Shown here: positions 23,897 through 32,674 of the stretch, piece by piece
Layout: each line of letters opens with the position of its first letter
Numbering within the stretch: the stretch's first letter is position 1
Origin: Pseudomonadota bacterium
Lineage (GTDB): Bacteria > Pseudomonadota > Gammaproteobacteria > Burkholderiales > UBA9220
Assembly: GCA_021845865.1 (NCBI GenBank)
Contig: JAJZVC010000011.1
Coordinates: forward strand, 405-64,404
Reading direction: 5' to 3'
DNA: 64,000 bases
Program-made: the position numbers and the translations under genes
Notes under the pieces: model-generated
What the model was told of the DNA's origin: nothing
Databases searched by the model: none
What the model saw: the letters and a program-made list of their open reading frames with translations, nothing else

Positions 23897-24979
23897 GTGG
23901 CGCGGCTGGCGGTCAAACACCTGGGACGGGCGGACTACCTTCCCACCTGGGAGGCGATGAAGGCCTTCACCGCCGCTCGCGGCCCGGAAACCGCCGACGA
24001 GTTGTGGCTGGTGGAGCACCCTCCCGTCTATACCCTCGGCCAGGCGGGCAAGCCGGAGCACCTGCTGCGGCCCACCGGCATTCCCGTGGTGAACATCGAC
24101 CGGGGCGGTCAGGTGACCTACCACGGCCCCGGCCAGATCGTCGCCTACTTGCTGCTGGACTTGAAGCGGCGCGGCATCGGCGTCAAGGAACTGGTCAACC
24201 GCATGGAGCAGGCGGTGATCGACCTCCTGGCCGGCTACGGCATCGCCGCCGAACGGCGTGAAAAAGCCCCGGGCGTGTACGTCAACGGCGCCAAAATCGC
24301 CGCCCTCGGCCTGCGCATCAAAAACGGTTGCTGCTACCATGGCCTGGCCCTCAACGTGGACATGGACCTCAGCCCCTACCAGGCCATCAACCCCTGCGGC
24401 TACGCCGGACTGGCCGTGACCCAGATACGGGATTTGGGCATTGCGGGCGGCTTGGATTTGCTGGGTGAGCGGCTAATTGGCCACTTGGCGGAACAATTGG
24501 GCGATAGTCCCTCACCCCTTCCCCCTCTCCCGGGGGGAGAGGGGCTGATACGCCCTTCTCCCTCTGGGAGAAGGGTTGGGGATGAGGGACGGCCATCAAA
24601 ACACAAGCTGCCCCTGCCGGAAGCCCTGAAAACCTTCGCCCGCCACCTCCGCACCGAACAAACCGACGCCGAAACCCTGCTCTGGTATTTCCTTCGTGAC
24701 CGGAGCCTGTTGGACCTGAAATTCCGCCGCCAGCACCCCGTGCCGCCCTACGTGCTGGACTTCTACTGCCACGACCTCAACCTGGCCGTGGAATTGGACG
24801 GCGGCCAACACACCCCCGAAATTGACGCCGAGCGCACAGCCTACCTGGAACAAAAAGGCATCCGCCTCCTACGCTACTGGAACCACGACCTCCTCCAAAA
24901 CACCGAGGACGTCCTAACTGACCTCTACAATCACTGCTCCGAAATTCCCCTCTCTCCCCGGGAGAGGGGCCAGGGGTGA
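23897..24979 (+). CDS. lipB: Octanoyltransferase LipB fused in frame to a C-terminal DUF559/Vsr-like endonuclease domain
   Basis: LipB motifs [39 protein letters not shown] to about 24500; then a repeat-encoded linker and [42 protein letters not shown]. Confidence 0.88.
   Translation: MARLAVKHLGRADYLPTWEAMKAFTAARGPETADELWLVEHPPVYTLGQAGKPEHLLRPTGIPVVNIDRGGQVTYHGPGQIVAYLLLDLKRRGIGVKELVNRMEQAVIDLLAGYGIAAERREKAPGVYVNGAKIAALGLRIKNGCCYHGLALNVDMDLSPYQAINPCGYAGLAVTQIRDLGIAGGLDLLGERLIGHLAEQLGDSPSPLPPLPGGEGLIRPSPSGRRVGDEGRPSKHKLPLPEALKTFARHLRTEQTDAETLLWYFLRDRSLLDLKFRRQHPVPPYVLDFYCHDLNLAVELDGGQHTPEIDAERTAYLEQKGIRLLRYWNHDLLQNTEDVLTDLYNHCSEIPLSPRERGQG
24509..24588. repeat. Inverted pair of ~36-bp palindromic repeats (consensus CCCTCAyCCC-n-CCCyTCTCCC-loop-GGGAGArGGG)
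   Basis: 24509-24544 CCCTCACCCCTTCCCCCTCTCCCGGGGGGAGAGGGG (+); 24553-24588 read on the minus strand CCCTCATCCCCAACCCTTCTCCCAGAGGGAGAAGGG. Confidence 0.85.
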
Positions 24980-24983
24980 GGGG
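24947..24983 (-). repeat. Third copy of the same palindromic repeat, overlapping the fusion stop codon
   Basis: Minus strand CCCCTCACCCCTGGCCCCTCTCCCGGGGAGAGAGGGG. Confidence 0.85.
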
Positions 24984-25025
24984 CCGCCGCCACCCTGAGC
25001 CCCGCTATCACAGGACCGCCACCCT

Positions 25026-25949
25026 ATGACCAACCGCCAAAAGGGCGCCGCCAAGACCGCCCGCATCCCCATCAAGATCGTCCCCGCCGAGCCCCAGCGC
25101 AAGCCCCGCTGGATTCGCGCCCAGGCCCCCTCCGGGCCCAAGTACCAGGAGATCAAGCAGCTCCTGCGGGAGCGCAATCTCCACACCGTGTGCGAGGAAG
25201 CCGCCTGCCCCAACATCGGCGAGTGCTTCAGCCACGGCACCGCCACCTTCATGATCCTGGGCGACATCTGCACCCGCCGCTGCCCCTTCTGCGACGTGGC
25301 CCACGGCACTCCCCTGCCCCCGGACGCCGACGAACCCGTCCACATCGCCGAATCCGTGGCGGCCATGAAGCTGCGCTACGTGGTCATCACCAGCGTCGAC
25401 CGGGACGACCTGCGGGACGGCGGCGCCGGCCACTTCGCCGCCGTGGTCCGTGCCGTGCGGGAACGCTCCCCCGATACCAAGATCGAAATCCTCGTCCCCG
25501 ACTTCCGCGGCCGCCTCGACGCCGCCCTGGAGGCCCTCGGCGAAGCCCTCCCCGACGTTCTCAACCACAACCTGGAAACCGTCCCCCGCCTCTACAAGCA
25601 GGCCCGCCCCGGCGCCGACTATGCCCACTCCCTCACGCTACTGCGGGAATTCAAGCGGCGCCACCCCGGCATCCCCACCAAGTCCGGCCTGATGGTGGGC
25701 CTGGGAGAGAGCGACGAGGAAATCCTGGAAGTGATGCAGGACTTAAGGGCCCACGGCGCCGACCTGCTGACCATCGGCCAATACCTCCAGCCCACCCGCC
25801 ACCACCTGCCGGTGGCCCGCTACGTGACGCCGGAAACCTTCGAGCGCTTCACGGCGCGGGGATTGGAGATGGGGTTCCGCAACGCCGACTGCGGGCCGAT
25901 GGTGAGGTCCTCGTACCATGCCGACCGGCAGGCGAAGGAAGTGGTATAG
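25026..25949 (+). CDS. lipA: Lipoyl synthase
   Basis: [27 protein letters not shown]. Confidence 0.96.
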   Translation: MTNRQKGAAKTARIPIKIVPAEPQRKPRWIRAQAPSGPKYQEIKQLLRERNLHTVCEEAACPNIGECFSHGTATFMILGDICTRRCPFCDVAHGTPLPPDADEPVHIAESVAAMKLRYVVITSVDRDDLRDGGAGHFAAVVRAVRERSPDTKIEILVPDFRGRLDAALEALGEALPDVLNHNLETVPRLYKQARPGADYAHSLTLLREFKRRHPGIPTKSGLMVGLGESDEEILEVMQDLRAHGADLLTIGQYLQPTRHHLPVARYVTPETFERFTARGLEMGFRNADCGPMVRSSYHADRQAKEVV

Positions 25950-25984
25950 GTACAGCCGGAAACGGCGAAATAGGAGGGGTTTCG

Positions 25985-26239
25985 TCAACCAACCAGCTTG
26001 TCGTAATCAGCGTGGCTGCCAATCCAGAACCAGAGAATGCCGTCCTCCACATCAATGCCGAGGGCACGGAAATGCAACCCCACGCGCACCGACCAATAAC
26101 GACCGATTTTCTTGAGGTGCAAAGAGGGATGGTGGGGATTGGTTTTCAGTAAGGCGAAATTCCGCTCGGCGGTCTCGCGGACGCTTTCAGGCAGTTGCCG
26201 ATGGCAATCCCAAAAGGCCGGCGAGGCGTAGTGCTTCAA
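25985..26239 (-). CDS. RelE/ParE-superfamily toxin
   Basis: 84 aa; NPHHPSLHLKK, WSVRVG.HFRALG, WFWIGSHADYD; TTGA overlap with the upstream gene. Confidence 0.75.
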   Translation of the reverse strand: MKHYASPAFWDCHRQLPESVRETAERNFALLKTNPHHPSLHLKKIGRYWSVRVGLHFRALGIDVEDGILWFWIGSHADYDKLVG

Positions 26240-26436
26240 AGCTCGGAGCAGCGGCCGGCGCGGAAGGCTTGGAGGGCCTCGTTGGCGAGGGCATCGAGCT
26301 TCCCGGCTTGGGAGTCTTCCTTGATCTGGCTGTCCCAGGCCTTGGCGTCGAATTTGGCGAACCAGTCACGGAAGGCCGCCAGTTCCGACGACGAGAGTTT
26401 CCCGATTTCCTGCTCAATCAACTCGACTTTACTCAT
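26236..26436 (-). CDS. Putative antitoxin
   Basis: 66 aa, MSKVELIEQEI..WDSQIKEDSQAGKLD; coupled to the toxin; GGAG RBS and TGCTATACT extended -10 upstream. Confidence 0.65.
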   Translation of the reverse strand: MSKVELIEQEIGKLSSSELAAFRDWFAKFDAKAWDSQIKEDSQAGKLDALANEALQAFRAGRCSEL

Positions 26437-26515
26437 GGTTAACTCCAAAAACTCAATTACAACAAAAGTATAGCATTGCACTTCTATAGGCTAAAGAGGA
26501 AATCGGAGCTGACCT

Positions 26516-27178
26516 CTATTGCCCTGGTGGAATGACTTCCGCATTGCGCTGTAGAGCTAAATGTCTGTATGAGCCACCATATGTCTTGCCTAGGGTCATG
26601 AACGCGGTACAAGCGACAAGGGAAAGTGCGATGAGGGCAGCATGTTCCCAATTGACGGGGGCGGCGCATGAAAACGGGGGTAGCGCTTTGTAAAGCAGAA
26701 ACAGCCAAAGCACGGTTACGTAAAGGCTAATAATCTGATTGATCTTCGACACGGAGAATGGAGAAGGGCCCGTCATGAATTCAGAGACATGCTCGGAGAA
26801 GCTATTCGAAGGCGGGCGCTTCAAAATGGTTTTGTACAGTGGTCCAATGGTTTCATCTTCCAGCATGTCGACGTGATTCTCCCAATTCTCCTGCCACTGT
26901 TTGCTGCCGCGATTTACGCAGAACCAGCCAAACGAGAAGACGATGCCAAGGCAAGATAAAACCACAAGCAGATCGGTATTGGGCTTTGACGGAGTTGACG
27001 CATGGATGGCGGCATAGCCAGCAAGCGTCGCGGCAATGAACGTCCAAAAGTATGTGGCTCTCTTCCAGTAGAGGTCAATCTCGAACTTTCGGATATCGAG
27101 CGCATGCTCCAATGCTTCCTTCCGCTTATTACCTGTGAAGGCGGATAGGTATTCAGCTTGGGTGATGGCTTTGCTCAT
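26516..27178 (-). CDS. AT-rich multi-TM membrane protein, resembling the RipA-like octameric membrane protein family
   Basis: ALDIRKFEIDLYWKRATYFW, GSKQWQENWE, FSVSKIN; about 4 hydrophobic segments; AAGGAGG RBS. Confidence 0.6.
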   Translation of the reverse strand: MSKAITQAEYLSAFTGNKRKEALEHALDIRKFEIDLYWKRATYFWTFIAATLAGYAAIHASTPSKPNTDLLVVLSCLGIVFSFGWFCVNRGSKQWQENWENHVDMLEDETIGPLYKTILKRPPSNSFSEHVSEFMTGPSPFSVSKINQIISLYVTVLWLFLLYKALPPFSCAAPVNWEHAALIALSLVACTAFMTLGKTYGGSYRHLALQRNAEVIPPGQ

Positions 27179-27281
27179 GAGATACCCTCCTTAGACTTAG
27201 ACGCATAACATGAATTAGGCGACCCAAAGTCGCCTAATCTGTGGTTTCCCAGCTCAGTGGTCCTTGTCGGAAGGGGGAGAA

Positions 27282-27446
27282 TCAGCCCTCCACCTTCCCC
27301 GTAAACTGCCCGTTCTTCACTTCCACCACCAGCATGGTGCCGCAGTGCTTGCACACCACGTACTGGCGGCCGTTCTTCACGGTGACGAGGTAGGTTTCTT
27401 CTTTTTCGCACTTGCTGCATTTCACCGTGTTATTGCCTTGAGCCAT
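27282..27446 (-). CDS. Small zinc-ribbon protein (54 aa)
   Basis: CSKC and CKHC pairs; purine-rich RBS-like tract; host-like codon usage. Confidence 0.6.
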   Translation of the reverse strand: MAQGNNTVKCSKCEKEETYLVTVKNGRQYVVCKHCGTMLVVEVKNGQFTGKVEG

Positions 27447-27537
27447 TTTGCCTTCCCCTCTGGAGCGGTTGAAAAGGGCCACTATAAACCATCTCCACGG
27501 CGATGGCATTAGGGGAAATACTAAGCCGGGGCGGGCT

Positions 27538-27700
27538 TTAGGCCACATTCAGCCAGACGGTGACGAGGCCGTCGTTGACACGGACCGCCCGCATGTCGGC
27601 GCCGAAAACGCCGCTTTGCACGGTGGGGTGGGCTTCGCGGGCCAGGGCGAGGAGATGCTCGAACAGGGGCGGTCCGGTTCCGGCGGGAAGCTGGGGAGGG
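27538..27700 (-). pseudogene. dtd: Degenerate 3' remnant of D-aminoacyl-tRNA deacylase
   Basis: LFEHLL..AREAHPTVQSGVFGADMRAVRVNDGLVTVWL resembles the Dtd C-terminus (V.TG.FGADM.V.L.NDGPVT); no N-terminal part or start codon; GP motif changed to GL. Confidence 0.65.
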
Positions 27701-27707
27701 AGTTCCG

Positions 27708-28610
27708 TCAGTCGTTCCACAGCCACGCCGCCCCCCGCGCCCCGCCGGAATCGCCGTGGACGTTGCGTTCCAGGCGGGTGTCCACCCGGTCGGAGAACAC
27801 GTAGCGGCCCCACAGCTTGGGCACGTTGGCGTAGAGCCGTTCCAGGTTGGACAGGCCGCCGCCGAGGACGATTACCTCCGGGTCCAGCAGGTTGATGACG
27901 TGGGCCAGACCCCGGGCAAGTCGGTCCTCGTAGGCTTGCAGGGTTTGTTCGCAGGCTTCGTCTCCTTCGGCGGCCCGGTCGGCGATGGCCTTGGCGTCCA
28001 GGGACTCGCCATGGGCGGCCTGATGCAGGCGGGAGAGGCCGGGGCCGGAGAGGAAGGTTTCCAGGCAGCCGTGTTTGCCGCAGTAGCAGGGCGGGCCGGG
28101 AAGTTCGTCGGGACAGGGCCAGGGCAGGGGGTTGTGGCCCCACTCGCCGGCGATGGCGTTGGGGCCGGCGAGGACATGGCCCCGCACCACGACGCCGCCC
28201 CCCACCCCGGTGCCGAGGATGACGCCGAATACCGTTTCGGCGCCCTTCCCGGCGCCGTCCACCGCTTCGGACAGGGCAAAACAATTGGCATCGTTGGCGA
28301 TGCGCGCGGGGCGGTCCAGCTTGGCTTCCAGGTCCCGCAGCAGGGGCCGGCCGTTGAGGACGGCGGAGTTGGAATTCTTCAACAGGCCGGTGGCGCGGGA
28401 CAAGGCGCCGGGGGTGCCGACGCCCACGGTGCCCCTCTGGTCCAGGTGGGCTTCGGCGTCCCGCACCAGGACGGCGATGGTGTCCAGGGTGGCGGCGTAG
28501 TCCCCCTGGGGGGTGGGCAGGCGGCGGCGCAGGAGTTCCCGGCCTCCGTCGTCGAGGGCGACGATCTCGATCTTGGTGCCGCCGAGATCGACGCCCAGCC
28601 GCAGGGCCAT
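27708..28610 (-). CDS. mak: ROK-family sugar kinase (manno/fructokinase)
   Basis: GVDLGGTKIE, ANDANCFALSE, GEWGH, CYCGKHGCLE. Confidence 0.82.
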   Translation of the reverse strand: MALRLGVDLGGTKIEIVALDDGGRELLRRRLPTPQGDYAATLDTIAVLVRDAEAHLDQRGTVGVGTPGALSRATGLLKNSNSAVLNGRPLLRDLEAKLDRPARIANDANCFALSEAVDGAGKGAETVFGVILGTGVGGGVVVRGHVLAGPNAIAGEWGHNPLPWPCPDELPGPPCYCGKHGCLETFLSGPGLSRLHQAAHGESLDAKAIADRAAEGDEACEQTLQAYEDRLARGLAHVINLLDPEVIVLGGGLSNLERLYANVPKLWGRYVFSDRVDTRLERNVHGDSGGARGAAWLWND

Positions 28611-28611
28611 G

Positions 28612-28905
28612 TCAGGCTTCGTAGTCCACCACCCGCCGCTCGGCGCGGGCGGCCTTGACCACGGCCGCGGCGGCGTTGTGGGCGGGGTGGGTCTGGTAGG
28701 CCTCCAGGGCGGCCCGGGATTCGAATTCCGAGTACAGCGCCACGTCGGACGCCTCGCCGTCGGCGACGAAATTGATGCCCACCTCCAGGCGAAGGAGGCC
28801 GGGAATCTTGCCGTTGAGGCCTTCCAGGGCCTCCTTGATGGCCCGGGCGGAAGCGGCCTTGTCGAGGCCCTCTTTCAGGCGCCACATCACGATGTGCTTG
28901 ATCAT
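28612..28905 (-). CDS. Dabb stress-responsive A/B barrel protein
   Basis: MIKHIVMWRLK, LEAYQTHPAH, VVDYE. Confidence 0.85.
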   Translation of the reverse strand: MIKHIVMWRLKEGLDKAASARAIKEALEGLNGKIPGLLRLEVGINFVADGEASDVALYSEFESRAALEAYQTHPAHNAAAAVVKAARAERRVVDYEA

Positions 28906-30056
28906 GCTTCTTTCTCTTTGCGGTTGGAGCCCGCCACCAGCTTGAATTCGAACAGGCGGCATTCCAGGGCCCCGTTGAACAAGGGAGTGCGGCGGGAGGG
29001 GGCAAGGCGGATCAGTTTCGCCAGGCGCAGGTCGGCGGTGATGACGTAGGCCCGCCAGCCGGCGAAGTTGCGCTTGAAGGCCGTCCCCAACTCGGGGTAG
29101 AAGGCGGCCAGTTCATCCTGGTCGGACAGGCGCTCGCCGTAGGGGGGGTTCATCACCAGCACCCCTTCTGGGGCGGGGGCCGCGATTTCCCGCACGTCGC
29201 CCCGGCTCACCGTGACCACCCCTTCCAGCCCCGCCGCTTCCAAGTTGGTCCGGGTGGCTCGCACCGAGCGGGATTCCAGGTCGCTGCCATAGATGGGCAA
29301 GGGCACGCGGGGTTTCTCGGCGGCCTCCGCTTCCCGGTAGATGGCGCCCCAGACGTCGGGGTTGAAATTCTTGAATTTCTCGAAGGCAAACCAGCGGTCG
29401 CCGCCGGGGGCGATGTTGAGGGCGATTTGGGCGGCCTCGATGAGGAAGGTGCCGCCGCCACACATGGGGTCCAGCAGGGGTTCCCCCGGCTGCCAGCCGG
29501 TGAGCTTGAGGATGCCGGCAGCCAAATTCTCCCGCAGGGGAGCTTCCACCGCCCCCTGGCGGTAGCCGCGCTTGTACAGGGGCTCGCCGGAGGTGTCGAG
29601 GTAGAGGGTGGCCCGGTCGGCGGTGAGGAACACGGATACCCGGATGTCCGGCTCCCGGGTGTCGATGCTGGGGCGCTCGCCGCTCTCGGCGCGGAATTTG
29701 TCGCACACCGCGTCCTTCACCTTGAGGGTGATGAAGTCCAGGCTCTTCAGGGGGCACTTGATGGCGGTGGTGTCCACCCGCAGGGTGCGGGAAACGTCGA
29801 ACCACTCCGGCCAAGGCAGGCCCAGGGCGAGGCGGTAGATGTTCTCCTCGTTTTTGTAGGGGGCCTCCCCCACCTTCCACAGGATGCGGCTGGCGACGCG
29901 GCTCCACAGGTTGGCGCGGTAGCAGAGGGCGAAGTCGCCGGCGAAGCCGGCGCCGCCGTCCACGGCCTTGACGTTTTGGGCGCCGAGGGCGGTCAGCTCG
30001 TCGGCGAGGACGGCTTCCAGTCCTCGGGGGCAGGGGGCGAAAAAGTGTTGGGTCAT
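28902..30056 (-). CDS. rlmL: THUMP-domain rRNA m2G methyltransferase (stand-alone RlmL-like)
   Basis: CPRGLE, DTSGEPLYKRGYR, APLRENLAA, DPMCGGGT, NPPYGER. Confidence 0.8.
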   Translation of the reverse strand: MTQHFFAPCPRGLEAVLADELTALGAQNVKAVDGGAGFAGDFALCYRANLWSRVASRILWKVGEAPYKNEENIYRLALGLPWPEWFDVSRTLRVDTTAIKCPLKSLDFITLKVKDAVCDKFRAESGERPSIDTREPDIRVSVFLTADRATLYLDTSGEPLYKRGYRQGAVEAPLRENLAAGILKLTGWQPGEPLLDPMCGGGTFLIEAAQIALNIAPGGDRWFAFEKFKNFNPDVWGAIYREAEAAEKPRVPLPIYGSDLESRSVRATRTNLEAAGLEGVVTVSRGDVREIAAPAPEGVLVMNPPYGERLSDQDELAAFYPELGTAFKRNFAGWRAYVITADLRLAKLIRLAPSRRTPLFNGALECRLFEFKLVAGSNRKEKEA

Positions 30057-30058
30057 GG

Positions 30059-30844
30059 TCATTTCAGCAAACGGCGGCGGGTGAGGCCCAGGGCGATGTA
30101 ATAGCCCACCGACCCGTAGGCCAGCAGGACCAGCACGTGGCGCAGGATGCCTTCCGGCGTCTGGCCCTGCATCAGGGGGCGCACCAGCTCGATGCCGTGG
30201 GTCAGGGGCAGCCAGGCCGAGATGGCATGGAGGAAGGCGGGCAACTGGTCCACCGGGTAGAACACCCCGCACAGCAGCACCATGGGCGTGATGGCGAGGG
30301 TGAAGTAGTACATGAAGAAATCGTAGTTGGGGGAGACGGCGTTCATCACCAGGGCCATGCCGGTGAAGCAAAAGCCCATGAGGACGATGACCGGGATCAC
30401 CCACAGGCTCATGGCGAAGGAGTCGTAGAGGCCCATGGCCCAGACGATGACGAGAATCGCCAGGCCGGAAAGCAGGCTCTTGCTCACGGTCCATGCCAGT
30501 TCGCCCAGGAGCACGTCGTCCAGGGTGAGGGGAGCGTTGAGGATGGCCTCCCAGGTCTTCTGCACGTGCATGCGGGAGAAGCCCGAGTACAGGGCCTCGA
30601 AGCTGGCGCTGTTCATGGTGCTGTAGCACACGGTGCCCGAGGCGAGGAAGGCCAGGTAGCTCATGCCGCCCACCTGGGGCAGCAGGGCGCCGAGGCCGTA
30701 GCCCAGGCCCAGCATGTAGAACGCCGGGTCGGCCAGGTTGCCGAGGATGGCGGGGATGGCGAGCTTCTTCCAGACCAGGAAGTTGCGCCGCCACACCGGA
30801 ACGAAGCGCAGGCTCAGGATGGGGAGGGAAAAATATTTCAGCAT
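30059..30844 (-). CDS. ABC-2 permease, NodJ-like
   Basis: VWRRNFLVW, YLAFLASG, GVFYP..QLP, LPLTH. Confidence 0.82.
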   Translation of the reverse strand: MLKYFSLPILSLRFVPVWRRNFLVWKKLAIPAILGNLADPAFYMLGLGYGLGALLPQVGGMSYLAFLASGTVCYSTMNSASFEALYSGFSRMHVQKTWEAILNAPLTLDDVLLGELAWTVSKSLLSGLAILVIVWAMGLYDSFAMSLWVIPVIVLMGFCFTGMALVMNAVSPNYDFFMYYFTLAITPMVLLCGVFYPVDQLPAFLHAISAWLPLTHGIELVRPLMQGQTPEGILRHVLVLLAYGSVGYYIALGLTRRRLLK

Positions 30845-30846
30845 GG

Positions 30847-31764
30847 TCAGTCCCGCAGGTCCCGCCCGGTGAGGCGGATGAAGACGTCCTCCAGGTTGGC
30901 CGGGCGGCTCAGGTAGCGCAGGCCGGCACCAGCCTGTTCGCACAGGGCCTGGGTCACCGTCTCGCCATGGGGGGTGTAGCAGAACAGGGTTTCCCCCGCC
31001 CGTTCCAGGCGCGCGCATAGCGTTTGGCCATGGCCGACCGCCCAGTCCTCCGCGCCTTCGCCGAACACTTCCACCACCTGGGGTTCGATGTGGGCGTCGA
31101 TCAGCTGCCGGGGACCTCCCTCGGCGATGAGGCGGCCATGGTCCATGATCGCCAGCCGGTCGCAGAGGCGTTCGGCCTCCTCCATGAAGTGGGTGGTGAG
31201 AACGATGGTCTTGCCCTGGCCGAGGAGGGTCCGCAGCCGCTGCCAGATCATGTGGCGGGCCTGGGGGTCGAGGCCGGTGGTGGGCTCGTCGAGGAAGATC
31301 AGGTCCGGGTCGTTGACCAGGGCCCGGGCCAGGGTCAGGCGGCGCTTCATGCCGCCGGACAGGGTCTGGATGTTGGCGTCGGCCTTGTGGCGGAGCTCGG
31401 CGAATTCCAGCAGGTCCGGAATGCGCGCCGCCACGTCGTCGTCGTCGAGGCCGAAATAGCGGCCATAGGCGAGCAGGTTCTCGCGCACGGAGAAATCCGG
31501 GTCCAGGTTGTCGAACTGGGGCACCACGCCGATCTTGATCCGGGCTTCCCGCGCCCTGGCCGGCACGGGCTGGCCAAGGACGGTGATGTCGCCGCCGTCG
31601 GGTTCGGCGAGGCCCAGCAGCAGGCGCAGGGTGGTGGTCTTGCCGGCGCCGTTGGGACCCAGGAGGCCGAAGCACTCCCCCTTCCTGACGGCGAGGTCGA
31701 TGCCGGCCACCACTTCCTGGCCGCCGTAGCGCTTGCGCAGGCCGCGGGCAGTGAGCAGGTCCAT
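30847..31764 (-). CDS. ABC ATPase, NodI-like
   Basis: [41 protein letters not shown]. Confidence 0.88.
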   Translation of the reverse strand: MDLLTARGLRKRYGGQEVVAGIDLAVRKGECFGLLGPNGAGKTTTLRLLLGLAEPDGGDITVLGQPVPARAREARIKIGVVPQFDNLDPDFSVRENLLAYGRYFGLDDDDVAARIPDLLEFAELRHKADANIQTLSGGMKRRLTLARALVNDPDLIFLDEPTTGLDPQARHMIWQRLRTLLGQGKTIVLTTHFMEEAERLCDRLAIMDHGRLIAEGGPRQLIDAHIEPQVVEVFGEGAEDWAVGHGQTLCARLERAGETLFCYTPHGETVTQALCEQAGAGLRYLSRPANLEDVFIRLTGRDLRD

Positions 31765-32072
31765 CAGATTTTCAGGCGCTCGACGATTTCGCCCTTGACC
31801 AGGTGCCGGTCGATGATTTCGTCGATGTCCTCCTGGTCCACGAAGGTGTACCAGACGGCCTCGGGGTAAACCACCAGCACCGGCCCCTCGCCGCAGCGGT
31901 CGAGGCAGCCGGCACTGTTGATGCGCACCTTGCCGGGGCCGTTGAGGTCCATGGCCTTGATGCGCTTCTTCGCGTGGTCGCGCATCTCCTGGGCGCCGTG
32001 CTGGGTGCAGCAGGGGCCGCCGTCCTCGCGCTGATTGGTGCAGAAAAAGACATGCCGCTGGTAGTAGCTCAT
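31764..32072 (-). CDS. Thioredoxin-like [2Fe-2S] ferredoxin
   Basis: [31 protein letters not shown]. Confidence 0.9.
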   Translation of the reverse strand: MSYYQRHVFFCTNQREDGGPCCTQHGAQEMRDHAKKRIKAMDLNGPGKVRINSAGCLDRCGEGPVLVVYPEAVWYTFVDQEDIDEIIDRHLVKGEIVERLKI

Positions 32073-32129
32073 GGGGAACGCTCGGTTGGGGAAACAAGCC
32101 GCCATTATAGCAGCGCGGCATCCCGTGGC

Positions 32130-32213
32130 TCAGCCGAAGAGCCCGTAGGAAAGGAGGCCGGCAAGTCCCAGGCAGACGGCGCAGAGGAGGAGAATCTTCG
32201 CCCACTGGGGCAT
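32130..32213 (-). CDS. Putative 27-aa single-TM small protein
   Basis: [27 protein letters not shown]; TGATG overlap with the upstream gene's stop codon. Confidence 0.45.
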   Translation of the reverse strand: MPQWAKILLLCAVCLGLAGLLSYGLFG

Positions 32214-32563
32214 CACGGCTCCGTGTACTTGGCGGCGGAGCCCCGGGATTTTTCCACCGGGTACTTGCGGGCGTTGAGGGCCAGCTTGGCGTCCGCCGCC
32301 CGGGCCAGGTCGATGTCCAGCACGTCCGCCAGGCGGGTGAGGTAAATCAGGATATCCGCCGCCTCCTGAGCCACTTCCTCCCGGGTTTTCTCGTCCAGGG
32401 CGGCGCTCTGTTCCGGGCTGAGCCACTGGAAGTGTTCCACCAGCTCGGCCGCTTCGACGATCAGCGCCATGGCAAGGTTCTTCGGCGTGTGAAAAGGCTC
32501 CCACTCCCGTTCCCGGGCGAAGGCGCGGACCTTGTCGCGCAATTGAATGAAACTGTCTGCCAT
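32213..32563 (-). CDS. MazG-like nucleotide pyrophosphohydrolase
   Basis: [44 protein letters not shown]. Confidence 0.88.
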   Translation of the reverse strand: MADSFIQLRDKVRAFAREREWEPFHTPKNLAMALIVEAAELVEHFQWLSPEQSAALDEKTREEVAQEAADILIYLTRLADVLDIDLARAADAKLALNARKYPVEKSRGSAAKYTEP

Positions 32564-32674
32564 GCTGTCCCTCCTCGAAGGCCCATCATATCCCCGCCGC
32601 AACTCCTTGATAAGCCTTTTGCGGCGAGGCGCGGAACGTAATAGAATCGCCGTAATTCAAAGGGGAGGATTCTA

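Noticed and set aside
24509-24983. Palindromic repeats as a CRISPR array
   Set aside because: Orientation is mixed, spacing is irregular, the repeats lie inside a CDS and there are no cas genes.
28902-30794. Apparent long fusion ORFs (28902-30794, 53819-55636, 54688-56295, 22975-23892)
   Set aside because: The upstream extensions are off-frame readings of neighbouring genes. The true starts are internal and show ATGA or TGATG coupling.
30059-31764. NodI/NodJ-like genes as evidence of nodulation
   Set aside because: No nodABC genes are present, and this ABC-2 pair is widespread in non-nodulating betaproteobacteria.
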